Shown: one piece after another, positions 39,341 through 53,947 of the stretch
How positions within the stretch are numbered: the first letter of the stretch is position 1
Layout of the letters: each line of letters starts with the position of its first letter
Assembly: GCA_964270895.1 (NCBI GenBank)
Contig: OZ185437.1
Source of the DNA: Podarcis filfolensis
Lineage: Eukaryota
Direction: 5' to 3' (one strand)
DNA length: 64,000 nt
Notes under the pieces: generated by a model
What the model was told of the DNA's origin: nothing
Database searches by the model: none
The model's input: only the letters and a program-made list of their open reading frames with translations
Program-made: the position numbers and the translations under genes

Positions 39341-41668
39341 TGGGGTTTTTTCCCTTAAGAAGCATGAGGGCCACCCTCTCCTCAGCAGCTGGCATGGCTG
39401 GACACCTGTCAGGGGCCTCATCCCAACATACAAACTGAACCACTGCTAACCGCAACCCTCAAAATTAGACCTAGATGCCACCATTTTTGTTTATCCTTGT
39501 GCGCATGCTTTAACAGCACAATTACACAACCCAATCTTAGCCCTTTTTCTCCTCTTCCTGCTTCTCTTTTGCCTCATGGTGCAACTAAAAAAGACTCCAG
39601 TTCCTGTAGCACTGGCAGGAAAAAGAATCAACCATTTATGTCTCCCTCCCCTAGGAATCACTCCCACTTCCATTTGGGATCACTGCTTGATAAATAAGAG
39701 GCTGTGCTGGGGCAGTATGCGGGAACAAGTGAAAGGCCAGACTTGAAGGACAATGCTTCACTTTCTAGCCACTTCCTTTTCTCTCCCCTGCTTCCCCCAC
39801 GCCTACTTCTCCGATATGAACTTTGACTCTGTGGCTGTAATAGTATTGAGGGATGAACCTGAACCCACCCTCTCTAGTGTCAGCCAGTAGTACAGTATGT
39901 AGGCTCAGGGAAGCAGCAGTAAGGGGACATGATACTATGGTAACAAAGGGCCTACAAATGACTGAAATCATTCCTGCACAGAAAAAGCAGTACTGTAGTC
40001 AACAGAGGTGGTAACTATGATATGCAAACTGAACATCAATATATGAAGAGCAGCAAAGATAAGGCTTCTGCATGAACAAAATCAAACAGTGAATGTGTGT
40101 TCCATGACCAACATAGTAGCTTGAGTAGCTTGTTGCTGCATGGCCAGAAATACATATTCTATGGCATAGAATTCAATATTCTTGTGAATAAAGGATACAG
40201 ATGTCCATATCAGCAAAATGAATACTGCCACATTCAAAATTTCCACAGAAACATAAATATTACTCTACACATTATCTGTGCACAAAGAAGAATCCATTTT
40301 ATTCCCCAGGGCTACAAATACCTTGTTCTTAAAGCTCCACACACTTCTGTAGGTAGCTTTACATATGCACATTTTCAGCAGTGCAGAGACCACAAACACG
40401 AAAATGGCTAAAGGAAGAATGTGGTATCTTCTGTATGGCTAAAAGAAGGATTGGGGCAAGTGTCCCAGATTTTTTTGCTGTTCTTAGCAGGGGAGCAGCA
40501 GTTATTTCTTTAACCAGAATTCAGCAAGCAAGATCTGTTATTTGTTGCTGGCAGTGAAAACTAAGGCTACCTTCAGAAAAACTGGCTCTATATCATGTAT
40601 TATGATTTTGCATAATTTTTGTTTATTCTCTTATTTGTCGTATCTTTTACCTTCTTGTGACAAATTCTAGATGCCCTCTTCCCTGCATCATAAAAGCTTC
40701 TTTAATAGAAAATGCTTTCTTGTCTCTCTCCCCCATGCCTTCCAATAACAAGGAATAAAGCACGTGTTGTTATTACTCAGAACCTGAGCTGGTGATTTTG
40801 GGTTGAATCCAAAGATTTTGTCTGCACAAAACGCCAACTGTGGCAACTTATTTTTACAATAACAAAAAAGGAGGAGAGCACAAAATACATTGTCTATTAA
40901 GGGAAATAACCAAAGCAGCACAGTTGTTTTGATCCACGGACTGCACAATATGCTTCAAGGTCTAAAAATCTCCACCTCCCTTCTTCAATATAAAAATCAA
41001 GTGTGCACAGCCCAGACCTTTGCAGCAGTTGGGGTAAGTTTGTCTAACAGGAGGTTAAAGAATGAGAGAGAGCTGCAAACAGATAGACACATCTAGGAGG
41101 ATATTGGCTGTTGTAGAGGTCTCTCAGAAATCCTATCTCTCTACCAGCAAGACTTTCCTCAGCTACAGATTGACTGTGGCCAAACCTTCAATGCATTACA
41201 AGCAAGATTTAACTGCATGCAAGGGCCTTTATCTGCCTGAGCAGTTTGGAATCCCTGCTGGAAGGCACAGAACAGTTTTGTCATTGCTATAACACAGCTC
41301 ACCCTGGAGGTACATGTCTAGCATGGCCATGATAAAACAGAGAATGGCATATCTACAGTAGAAGCTTGGGGCAAAATATAAGAGCAGACAGTACCACATG
41401 ACCAGCCTCTTGGTTCGCTGGTGTACCAACTCAAAACTGGAACACATCCTTCTTTTTAAAGATTTTCCATTAGTGACTCAACCGCAGTCTAAAAAGCCAA
41501 TAATTAATCCGGGGGGGGGGGCGCTAGTCCAGTGAAACTTCAAGACGAACAAGTATTCGGCCATAAGCTTTGGTGGGTCAAAGAACACTTTTCTCAGGCA
41601 CACGAAATGCTATCTGCAGCAGACAGATGCATCCGTAAACATATGGGTATGCGTACAAGAGTGTATGT

Positions 41669-41720
<52 letters not shown>
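41669..41720. repeat. (AC)n(AG)n compound microsatellite
   Basis: Read directly from the sequence. Confidence 0.95.
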
Positions 41721-41725
<5 letters not shown>

Positions 41726-42640
41726 TATAAACAAGTTTGTGGGAAGAAGTGCAATGTAGCAAAATGAAGATGAAAGGCTCAGGAAAGCATGATAGTCATG
41801 TTATAACCTATTAAGAGTGCAGTTCAGAACATTAGGCATTCAAAAAAAAAGAACAAGAAAAATCCAATTATTCTTGCCCGATACGCAAAGAAACAAAAAG
41901 CAGCTAAAGAAACAATTATTTTCTGCAGCAACCTGGCCACACCCAGTCTCTACTGACCCCAATTGTGATGATTATCAAATTTTTGTTTTATGTTTATTAA
42001 TCATATTTCTTTGCCAAACCACAACTAGTTGTGAGTGGGTCACAGCCATGATTATTGTATCTTTTGCCTTTTTAAATAGATTCTGTGGTTCTGTGCCAAG
42101 TTGTTCATTTCCTGTGAATGCTGTGTGCTCCACCCCTTCTGTTCAAAGTTTTTGCTTCCCTGGGTAGCCTCTCCTTTGATTGTGATCTCATTGCCCAAGG
42201 AGAAGAATTCCAACCCTAATGTTTTCTTTGAAATGTTAGCATCTTTATGTGGGGACACTTAAACATTCAATCCCCCACCTACAGCCAAACAGCAGATGCA
42301 TCGTGTGAGTCAGCTCTCATTTACAATCATTTAGGGACAGGGGAGGAGTGGAGAAAAAGTTGTGTTGGGTGATTGAACTTTCTTCCACATAAACTAGGTT
42401 GAAAGTCACACCAGGGTCACTTTTCATTGCAGAATTTACACAGAAGCAGAGCTACTAGGATATGGTCACCTGCACAGCTGCAGCCAATGTCCACAAATTT
42501 CAGACACGTGTAATTCAAAATTTTCATTCTGTAAACAAAAAACACCTAGGGTAAAAAAACACAAAACCCTCACTAAATCTACTAATGTTTTGCCATTGTG
42601 GTACTTTTTTTGTTTCTGTTAAAGAATTGCCATATTGGAT

Positions 42641-42995
42641 TAAAGGGAAAGGGACCCCTGACCATTAGGTCCAGTCGTGGCCGACTCTGGGGTTGCGGTG
42701 CTCATCTCGCTTTATTGGCTGAGGGAGCCAGCGTACAGCTTCCGGGTCATGTGGCCAGCATGACTAAGCCACTTCTGGCAAACCAGAGCAGCGCACGGAA
42801 ACGCTGTTTACCTTCCCGCCAGAGTGGTACCTATTTATCTACTTGCACTTTGACGTGCTTTCGAACTGCTAGTTGGCAGGAGCAGGGACCGAGCAATGGG
42901 AGCTCACCCCGTTGTGGGGATTCGAACCGCCGACCTTCTGATCGGCAAGTCCTAGGCTCTGTGGTTTAACCCACAGTGCCACCCATAGATGTCCC
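42641..42995 (-). mobile_element. Sauria SINE with a TSD of about 15 bp
   Basis: catattggattaaag (42631-42645) and catagtggattaaag (42995-43009) flank the copy. Confidence 0.92.
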
Positions 42996-44555
42996 ATAGT
43001 GGATTAAAGTGTCCCAAATGGTTTTCCAAACAAAAACTATTTCAGGGAAGTATATTAAAGTGCTTCTCTCCAACATAACATTTATGCATCTGTCTGGGGC
43101 ATTCTACTACCCCAAACAAATAAAAATTATCCCCTAAAATTGTCTAGGTCCATTCTCCCTATTATGTTTTATAAAAAGACTGAGACATGACTGTCAATGT
43201 CATCACTTATGTTCTACACTCAACATGTATTAACACAAAATAGTAGTACTTTCTAAACCTAGGTTTAACTGTAGATTTTCACTCTAGTCTTTTAGCTTCC
43301 ATTGATTAGAAAGGTTATACTAAAACATTTAAAACTGTTAATCAAACTTGTACTTCTCGCAACCTGTCTTTGCATTTGATACTTACAATGTAATCCTCAG
43401 CCGAAAGAACAATCACCCCTCCCTTCCAGACCTCAATCTTTTAGCAAGAATTTGTATATGATGTTCACTTAGAATCAAACAAGATGACAAATGTTAACAG
43501 CTACTGAATAATTAACTGAAAGTTTTGCTGACAGTAGTTTAGTCAGAATGAACTAGAAATTAAGAATTGATACAGTTCTATAGAATCAGATCTAAGCCTA
43601 ACACCAGATCAGGACAGAGTATGCCACCTCAAATTGCCTACATCTTAAGACTCATACTACACTTTTCAGAGTTCCCTGTTTTGTCCCTATCTGCATGTGC
43701 TTCTTAAAGCAAAATCAGTCTAGGAAGGTGGCTACCACCCAGGGTAAAGAAAGGACTGTTTTACCATTTCAGCTAAAAGTTCACCTTTCCCAAGCTAGGG
43801 GTAGAAGTAGCTTGGGGATTTTGAACCAAAAAACTATGAAAGAATTAAGCAGCCACACTTGGCCCAAGGCTTGCTGTCTGTCTAAGCCATGTTTGTTTTA
43901 AACAAAAACACATACATATATTTGTATATATGTATAGTTTAAATAACCCAGGTGGCATTCAACTAAGTTTTACTCAGGGTAAATGCACTGAAATTAATGT
44001 TCATTAATTGTAATGAGTGTACTCTGAGTAACACTTAGATGAGTAACACCCAGGTATAGGGAGCCCTATATAATGCATAGTTTGAGAACAAATGGCTATA
44101 CACAGTTGAACAGAATTTTCACAGCTATGAATAAAATGTATGTGTCTATTCTAGTATGGCAAGTTTATACAATTCTCATTTCTTCTAGTTTGTAGTTTAA
44201 ATTGTGTTTAATTGTTTCATTTGTTCTAATATCAATGAGTTTCCTTTAATGTCAATTCACTGTGTGTTAATAATAGTATGAAATGAATCCTGCTTGTCAT
44301 GTGTAGCTCTTGCAGATTCATCCCCAAAATTCAAAAACTTTATTTCCATTAGAGACATGGCTAGAATTGATATCACAGTGGATTAATTAACATATACAGT
44401 AAGTAATTCTGAATCAGCTGATTGCACTCCAGAACAAAGTGATGCGTTCAAAAGTCTATCTGAAAAGCAGTATGTTTGATGCAAACAATAGCCATACATA
44501 TTGCTATTCAGTGCCTCGATAGGGAAAATTCTAGGTAGGAAAGAATGATCTAGGA

Positions 44556-44691
44556 CAGGCACCCCCAAACTCGGCCTTCCAGATGTTTTCGGACTACAAC
44601 TCCCATCATCCCTAGCTAACAGGACCAGTGGACAGGGATGATGGGAGTTGTAGTCCCAAAACATCTGGAAGGCCAAGTTTGGGGATGCCTG
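44556..44691. mobile_element. Foldback hAT MITE, near-perfect palindrome
   Basis: Arms of about 58 bp with 3 mismatches and a 20-nt loop. TSD atctagga / acctagga. Confidence 0.9.
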
Positions 44692-47229
44692 ACCTAGGAT
44701 CTATCTGAATGCCAGCACACATCCTCTAAAACTCACAATTTTGTACTACAGCACCTAGACCTATACAAATATTCCACTACTACAATCCTGCATATAGTTC
44801 AAATCCTGCATCACACACACTATAGACTAAAAGTAATTTAGTCTATAATAGGCAGAATAACAGGAAAGGATGGCAAGCAGGGAGCTGTTCAGCTACCACC
44901 AACTGCTATAAAGCCCTCTCCAGTCCCTTTTTGATTTATTGACACTCCTTCAACATGTACAAACAAATTAGACTACATCCAAAATCATATACGTGTGGAG
45001 GTTAAGATCGACACCAGCTATCTCTTTGATTCTTATAAAAAGACAATATGGACATGTAAATTGTCTTGGGGTTTTTTTGGTTTGGTTTGTGTTGGTTTTT
45101 TTGTTTTTTGCTGTTTCACCCTTTGGACACTTAACCTCTGGCAGAGGTTGCTAAGCTTTTCGGGCCAACGGACACAGATGGAATTTTGGGAGACAGGTAT
45201 CCAGGGAATTGTTCTGCAGTAGTTCCAGTTTTATCTCTAGTGACAGTTCCAAAAGGTAGCATTTGATGAATGCCAAGACTTCCTACCATGAATAGTATTG
45301 AACTAAGTTTTGAACTAAGTATTGAACTATTGAACTAAGACCAAATACAGAAGTTTCACCCACAAGGCCTTTAAAATTATAATTAAAAGAAATGATTAGA
45401 GTGGGATGCAAAAGTGTATCAACGGTAGAGCACTTCAGTAACTGTAAACTTACAGTCTCTATCCACCCTTTAAAGGTACTGGCCCTTGCTTGAGCATTGT
45501 ATTGCTGGTCCTGACTTGGGAACACAGTAGAAAGCTACTGAGATTGTCCCCAGTTGACTTAAAAGAACTAATTTAGAAATTACAGAAATATTTCAAAACA
45601 GTGGGACTGCACTGTAATAGCAGAAGTCCTCACTCAATAATTATTTGCAAAATTGCATCACAGTCATAATATGCCAGTAATTAGCAATTTGGATTGGAAG
45701 CATTGGTTAATTATCCATTACTCTTGAATCTTGGCTTCTTAGACTGCTGCTGACAATCACCAGAGAAAAAGGCAGCAGAAGTTAAAAACTATAGCTAACT
45801 AGATTTCTAACTTTTCTTTTCACATTGCTTCAACTGTGATATCCTGTATCCAGCCTGATGGAGGAATCCCCAACAGTAAGGAGGAGATGTGCAGCATAAA
45901 ATAGTTATGCAAGCTATGAGAAGACTGGAATATGTAATTTTCATATTCTTCAATGTATATGTTGAAATAGAATGTAAATTAAATAAATTTCAAGGCATTC
46001 CCTAAAACACCATGCTGAGAATCTTCTAATATCTCCTACTGATATATCTAATTAATGTGCTCATCTGTTCAGATGTTGTAAGCCAGACATGAGCTTTATA
46101 ACACTACTTTCATTCTACAGTGTATTTTGAAAGCATCAACAGAACAATTTTGCTAAAGTGTAGAAAAAGCCCACAGAACAGAAATTGTGTTATTTAATAT
46201 GATGGTACAAACAGAAGTGAAACTCTTTTGCTATCATGATGTTCAATCTGTTTCAGATTTCAATTTCCATAATTTGCTTTGGCTGCTAAGCAACAAATCA
46301 AATATGGTTTGATGTATTTCATATTTGAATGCATTATTCCCCCTGCTGCTCTGATGGCTGAAAATACAGTTGCAGAAGACTTGCTTTCAGAGGAACACTA
46401 TTCAAAGAAATATAGATTTCAATAGGGGTATTAATCATCTGAAAAAATACAAGAATCCACAGAAAGTAAGACTCCAATTCTTAGAAGAGTGTTCTCAATC
46501 CATCATCATTTCTCCTTCATACAACATGAAAGAGCTTTGGTTCTTACCTTAGTCTATGGGAGAGCATCTCTAAAATTAAAAAAATGGAAACCATGGGAAA
46601 ACAGTTTAACTCATATTGATCTATTGCTAGAGCTCCTTTTTTAGTACTCAAGGTCTTGTCTCTCAAGTTTCCATTTGCCAACTTCAGTGCCCTTAATAAA
46701 TAAATCACAGTATCAATAAGGCACACCTTGCTAAGACCTTCACTTTAAAAGACTGCACACAAGTTACTCCCGGTGTTTAAAAAAACTGCACACAAGGCAA
46801 CTGATGTTGAGATGGAAGGCAGCAAGCAGAAGAAGTTGGAAACTTTAAAGAATATCATGATTAGGAAATGGCAGCTTGCACACTACCTCTTCCAGAGATA
46901 AATGACAGCTGCCTCAAGCCCATTAATTTTGCATTGTTTGACATTAAAATTAGTAATTATAATCAATATTTCACTGGTAGAAAGGAAATGGGATGTGCAA
47001 GATAAATTATAGATTTACCATTTAATTAAGCAATTTTTCAGACAAAGAAACTGGAATTCTGATCCAAATTATAAGAATTACCATTGCATTACAGGAAAGT
47101 ATACTATATTCTCTTGATACTGTACTGGAAGATAGGTATGCTCAACCTTGCATTCAAAGTCAGTTTACCAGATCACAGCCAACGTGTCTAAGATCAGAAA
47201 TTATGTTTGTACCATCTATCTTAACTTAC

Positions 47230-47388
47230 CTTTTGCTTTTCAGTTGTCTTCTACCAATAACACTCCAGGGGGTGTTTGATTTTACACTCTCAAAATAGTC
47301 TTCTGTGCATAAACAGGTACTGCTTCATTATAGGAAAGCATACACTGCAATCACTTGTGTCTCATCTCTAGCCAGGAAACGGTCACAT
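47230..47388 (-). other. WASF1: Putative WASF1 non-coding 5'UTR exon
   Basis: Acceptor tttcacttctAG and consensus donor AAAG|GTAAGT, 159 nt. Splice signals only; no transcript evidence. Confidence 0.35.
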
Positions 47389-49067
47389 CTAGAAGTGAAA
47401 GGTTAATTTAAAACTATTTAATCTTTGACCTTTCTAGAAATGATTGTCAACAAGGATGTAATTGGCGTAAATTATTATGTTAACACCTGTCCACTGGGAA
47501 CTGGACTGAGACTACAACTGTATTTCACACAGTAGAATATACTGGCTTTTTTGGCATTTTTCAGATTAAGAGATGGATGAACATGACTTTCCGTGAATTT
47601 TTTATATTTTCCACCTGCTAGATATATAAACAACTACTTTTTTTTACAAGAAAGTTATAATCTCAATGCTACCATCTACAATGTTGGAGGATTAAATACG
47701 AAGGAGGAAAGGAGACAAAAACATCATGGGACAACAGTCTCCATAGTTGTTGAGGAGCACACAGAGTATTAAGTGGGTCAGGTCTGCTGCACAAAATTTA
47801 CGATTACTGTACTTCAAATAGCTGCAGGGGTCGAAAATAACCCCACCGGCTTGGGGGGGGGGGAATACATTTTGAGTGTATTTCAAGGATTTGTATCTTC
47901 CAAAGCAAAAAGTACTAATCCTTAAAATTATTAATTATATTTGGGGAGAATACAAATCAAATGCTAGCTATATACAAAATTCATTACATGTGAAGCCACA
48001 TGTAAGTAATGAAGAATCTTATTGACACCTGCCCCGTGCTTAAGAGATCCCTCACTCCATCTGTTTTAATCATCTCAAAATAGGACGTCTCAAGTCCACT
48101 TAATCTTTGGTTATTTGGATTGGATTTAATTCATCCTGTTTGACATATGGGATTTATGTTACTCTTATGCTGTGATCTTATTTTATGATTACATCGGGCT
48201 TTTTAAAAAGAGGTGATGTGTGCTGTGGTGTCTTTAATGCACCAAGTAAACCTAAGTCTCATGCATGGGATAAAAATGATAGGCAGCAAAACTGATAATG
48301 TGACAAGAAGGGTGGGATAGGAATATCAGATTATAGAGCACAAATGAAAGTGAGATCCAGTAAAGCAAGAAAAAGACTCAAATTGAAGTTGGTTAGAGAA
48401 TACCTAGCAGACACGTTCATCCACTGGTTTCTGAGTGTTGACATGTTTAATGTTCAATTCGTGTCAAGGCAGAAAGGCACTGCTGGCACATGATAACACA
48501 TATCACATAGAAAATAGGCAAATTAATGAGTCCCTGATGGTACTGCCAATTATGTTGCCCCATGATAGCAGCACTTGAGCAAATATGAGGACAAGGCTAA
48601 TATTGAATTAGTTGAAAGGGCTAGCTCCTGAATTTGTGTTTATTGGTAAGTAGCTGCTTCAGATGGTGATGACGGGCAAAGGAAGCTTTCTACCCAATAT
48701 ATGAAAAGAAAAGCTCACATTCCAATACAGGCTGCTGATCCTTAACAATGCGCTAGAGATAGGATATAGCTGGGAGCTGTAGGTGACAACTGATGTTCAA
48801 TAGTTGTGATAGCAGAAGCCACCAGTGCAATGAATCCTGTTAGCACGATGGGCTTCCCCTCATTCCCCCTCACTCCGGGGAGGTTGAGAGAACCGCTAGA
48901 ACAGCTCGCTGGAGGAGAATGGAGATAGGGTCATTAGTGCAAGTATTTATGCTTGCCTGATGGAGGAATCCCCTTAGTACTATTTTGAATTCCACCCTTT
49001 CTCGATTCAGTTGACTCATTAGACTGACACAGCCAAATAGGTATCTATTTCTAAATTTGCTTAAGTA

Positions 49068-49305
49068 CAGTGGTACCTCGGTTTAAGGACAGCCCTGCTT
49101 ACAAAAGATTTGGTTTATGAACTCTGCAAAACCGGAAGTAGTGTCTCAGTTTGCAAACTTTACCTTGGTCTAAGAACGGAATCCAAATGGTGGAAGGGCA
49201 CCGGCGGCAGGAGGCCTCATTAGGAAAAGCGCGCCTCAGTTTAAGAACGGTTTCAGTTTAAGAACAGACTTCCGGAACGAATTAAGTTCGTAAACCGAGT
49301 TACTG
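49068..49305. mobile_element. Tigger-like MITE
   Basis: TA+CAGTGGTACCTCGG left TIR and an eroded right TIR ccgagttactg+TA. Shares the gcggcaggaggcctcattag...gttaagaac core with 21197 and 23880. Confidence 0.8.
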
Positions 49306-49640
49306 TAGTTTTTGAAATCCTTTATGTAGATCCTGTAGATGTTCGTGCCTATACAAGTATTATTGAAAATGCAGTTATGTCTTAACTTGGCTGTAAACCT
49401 TCAGGCAATGACAGAAGTCATTTAGAAATTCCACCTTATTCCAGAAGCTATATCTATTACATAGCTATATTATAGTGATCAGAAAATTTAATGGTTATGT
49501 ACTGGTTGATGGTGGAGTGAAAGGCCTGGGAGTATTACTAAAGGACCTCCTTCATTGGAGTGAGTTGCTTCCCTGCCTCCTTTGGCAGAAAAGGTAAAAT
49601 ATAAATTTAGGAAGTAAATAAATAAAGGTATGATGCCATT

Positions 49641-49793
49641 GACCAAGTAGATAGTTCAGTTGGTTAGAGTATGGTCCTGATAACACCAATGTTGCAGATT
49701 CAATCCCTGTGTAGGACAACTGCATATTCCTGCATTTCAGGGAATTGGACTAGATGATTCTCAGGGTCTCTTCCAACTCTATGATTTTATGAT
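49641..49793 (+). mobile_element. tRNA-derived SINE with a CR1-type tail (Squam3-like)
   Basis: A box tagttcagttgg, B box gattcaatccc, and tail ggactagatga...ctctatgattttatgat. Confidence 0.8.
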
Positions 49794-52353
49794 CGGAGTA
49801 TCTCAGACAGGAGTATATGCAGACAGGAGTTGAGAGTATTGCTCCAACTCAGTCAAAAATATGGGGCGCTACTATGTATATGCCAATTTTACAACAGTGA
49901 CATTCATCTCCTTGAAACTGGAGTGTAAAGATTGTATTCTCTCAAGCAGACTTATGTGGTGGTGAGTTCTTTCAAAATTTGCTTGGAATCAGAATAACCA
50001 AAGTTGATGTCTATCCAGCAAAAATAATTTGTTTTCAAAATGTATATGCCCCTCCCATTAAAACTGTTCTTTTGTATGCAGTTATTATGAAATATAATTT
50101 CATTAGACATTATTGCTGCTTGGAATTGCATGTGACAGCAAGAAATCATTGTGCAAATGTAAAATATGTGCTGGAAAACTGCTGATTAAACTAGCATGTT
50201 TAAGGAGGTTATTTGATTTATACTACCTATACACAATCCAGACAATGTATTCCTCTTGTACAAAGACAAGAACATAGCCAGAATAAATATTAAAATACTC
50301 AATACGTTCAGGGATTTGGCCAAGACAGTATAAAGCGACTTCTGAGAACCTGACTTGACACAAGTCTGGTATGCTGCTGTGAGAAGGCTCTGGGACAGTA
50401 AACTACAAATAAAAATGTACAACACCCCCACCCAATCAAAAAAGCTACTGGCTTTCCCCTCCTTTTTAACTTCTGTACCCTAAATCAGTGAATAGTGATT
50501 TACCCCAGAATCTAACACAACAATGGACATAATGAAGAACTCCAGGAATGAAACAAAATTATTCCAGAGGAATTCTGGTTAAAGTGCTGGTACAAAATGG
50601 AATGCATAATTATTTAAAAAATATATATACACATAAATCTCAGATCATACCTAAGCCCTAAAATTTCAGTTGATTTTACCATATGTATTAAGACTTTGGT
50701 TTGGTCGTGGGATATTAATTAGATATGTTAATTAAATGTGCCACACTCAACTGCAAAGTGAATCACCTGACATCACTATGATGTCAAGTGATGCTGTGCC
50801 TTGAAGCCCCCATTGCCAGGACTTGGGCTGCTTGAAAGACCTTTTGCAAACAGCCCTGCACTGCTCTACAAACCTCAGAAAACCAGGAATTCAAGGAGCA
50901 GTGCAGGGCTGTCTGCAAAAGGGCTTTCAAACAGCGGTGGTTTCCCATTCAATGAAAACTGCTTCTCCCTCCAAGAGAAAGGTGATGGGTGGTGGGCATG
51001 GCTCTTCCAAACTGGTCTGATAGGCCAAATAGGCAGGGCTGGGGAGCCATGTCTGACCCATGGCTGGAGGTTCCATGCCCCTGGTATAACACAATGCTAT
51101 TCTTTGGCAGGTAGTCATTATATAAAACAACTAAAGTTAGTGGTAATGTTTTACAGTAATCTAGTCTGTTTTCCATTTTTAAAACTTTATAGCAAGCAAG
51201 AAGCCTAGAAAAGTCTTTCTCATCTGCAGATTCTCATGTTGGAGTTTGACGTGCCAGTAGATAATGTCAAACCAACAGGCTGGTCAGATTTAATATATGG
51301 GGGAAATGGAATCTATACCCAAGATGTACAAAATAGGGGGAAATGTATAGAAAAGACTGTACACAATGCATAAATGTGATTTAGAAGAATAAATTAACAG
51401 GCACTGCACTCTTATTACCTCCAGCTTGTCACAAACAAAACACAGAGATCAGCCTTCCTCAAACCATTCTATCAGGTTTTCATCATCATGCCCCAATTTT
51501 CTTCCAAAATCTTATACCAGTGCATTTCACTCCACAGTATAAAACAAATTGCAATGAGATGTCCATTTCTTTCCATGCATATTGTATGCTTAAAAGTTCT
51601 GCATCCCACTGAATGGGGAGGAAAAAACCTATTGCCAAATATAATTGGTGTGTGAGTGTGGGTGTGTAATATTTGTGTACATATTCCAGAATGGATTCCT
51701 TGAAATCCAGTGATTTCAATGGGGGCCCTACAAAAGTGACTTAGTTGGGTATTATCTTCTGTGACCAAGTCAAGAACTGGCAACTACATTAGGCATCTAA
51801 AAGATAATTAAAGAAGAACCCTTAGGAATGAACACCAACATATGCCAGTCGGTATTCAAATTCAATTTGTTTATTTAAACTACATATATGCTGCAAAGCC
51901 CTCCCAGGGCAGCTTAAAAAGAAAATTGGATTCACTTATGTAGGATAATTTAGCTTCATATGGTTAGCAGAAACACTGTGCTTTCAAATGATTTACAGTA
52001 TTAACCACTTACAATGCTTCTGATCCTCCTTTTACCATTCACCTTCAATCAGTTTATATGCCACATCCTCTATTATCAGCCGCCACTGGACATAACCTTT
52101 GGAAGTTTCAAGCTTGTAAAATAATATACTAGATGACAACTAGCATTTTAAAAATCCACACATTTGCTTGTCCAAAGCAAATAACACTTCCTGAGACAAG
52201 AATGGTAACAAGAGCACCTTTTCTAACTGAACTGTTCTAAATATTCCTCTTGTATTGACTCATTCTAAATCAGACAAGGCTACCTTCACATATATCTATT
52301 TCCCTCGGTTTTATACAAATGCTGGTTATGTTGTTCATAGACTCACTCTGAAA

Positions 52354-52377
52354 ACACACACACACACACACACACAC
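52354..52377. repeat. (AC)n microsatellite
   Basis: Read directly from the sequence. Confidence 0.9.
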
Positions 52378-53734
52378 TGCACCTCACTGATGGTAAAACT
52401 AGAAACAGATATTTGAAAGCCTTTACAGCAAATGCATGCTACTGCAGAACAGTGCACTACTGTATTCACACATTTCAACTTAATTATATATCTCATGCCC
52501 AGTGCTGCTGGATAAAAGCAATAGAGCCTTCAACAAAATAGTTTTCTGAATGGGGTATCTGACCAATGTTTTCAAAGATACATTCCGAGCATGATATTTT
52601 TGAACACTGGTATTCATAAACAAGAGACCTCTGTATGTGCATTGTTATGTTCAAAAGAAATCTGTTACATTATTACCTAAAGCCAGTAGGGTGCTAATAT
52701 AGACATATATTTGCTGTTGTTATTATTAAGTTGACCATACCTACAATCAGGTTTTTATCATCTATTATAGAATGTCTAGATTTAGCTTTATTTTTACATT
52801 TGCTTCACATATGATGGAACATCTGCAGTATAATGATCCAAAGGTAGTATCAGTGAATTTTTTTGCAAATAGGCCCTTGAGAAATGCTTTCTCTTTTTTT
52901 AATACACAGTTTGAGACATCTATTTCCAGACAAAGTTTTAAATTTTAAAACCTAATTTACAGGAAGAAGCAATTCAATGCAACTGAAGTACATTATGCAA
53001 GATCCAATATTGGCAGATCACATTTCAAATTCTTTAAAATAAGAGCATCACAGACACTTAGTCTCTGCAATTCTCAGACTCTGCAAAAGATTAGAAAAAG
53101 CCTAGAAATGTAACAAAATATTACTAGGGATCCTATTTTCATATAAATATTTTATGCTTTATAGATTAAAAAACTTATGAGATACCTCTATCACCTTATT
53201 GTCCAGCACTGGCTTTCAAAAGTTCTTATATACATGAATTATTTAAAAGCACTCAAAATAAAATGTCAAATTCAATACCTCATATTTGCACTATTTTTAA
53301 TTTCAAACTAGTACAAAATTATGTAAAATGCCAGAAATTAACAGCTAAAAGAGTTGAAAGAACTGATTTAGATCTATCACTATAAGCTGTTTCATTTAAA
53401 ATTAGGCATTTAGACCATTTTAGATTACTACCATTTTTGCATTGTTATACCCTAAGCACATCTACTTTGCTTGCTTGCAATAGATTTTATACATTTGGGA
53501 AGCATGTGTATGCTTTGACTACTACCAGGCAGTTAAGGTCTCTAGCTAGATTTAAGACATATAGGCAAAAATTTACGAAGTAGTTATGATCTCTCATAGC
53601 ACCACCTATTATACCACATCTAGAGAGAAAGAGAGGTCCTTTCTTACTTTTACATGTCCAGAAGAAAAGCATTACAACTCTTCATCCCATCCTATATTAC
53701 TTTCTTGCCCACTTCAGTTATACTAGCTGTATAC

Positions 53735-53736
<2 letters not shown>

Positions 53737-53777
<41 letters not shown>

Positions 53778-53880
53778 CCACACATATGATTGGGTTGCCC
53801 CAGCCATCCTGGGAGGCTTCCAGCAAATTATAAAACCACAGTAAAACATCACACATTAAAAACTTCCCTAATATTTTACT
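53737..53880 (-). mobile_element. L2-type tail fragment with an (ATT)n tract
   Basis: (att)n followed by gggttgccccagccatcctgggaggcttccagc. Confidence 0.65.
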
Positions 53881-53947
53881 GCACTTTATAGCAGCAGTCT
53901 GGCAAATATGAAGAACAATATTCATATTATATGATCTAAAGAACATG

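Noticed and set aside
45853-48973. Exact 19-bp direct repeat GCCTGATGGAGGAATCCCC at 45853 and 48955
   Set aside because: The flanks are unrelated. Most simply two remnants of an old dispersed repeat, with no intervening structure such as LTRs or a cassette.
49641-49720. tRNA-like sequences at the heads of SINEs (also 9536 and 53972)
   Set aside because: They continue into SINE bodies and tails and lack an intact cloverleaf, so they are not tRNA genes. The 5S-like pieces are likewise partial and are not rRNA genes.
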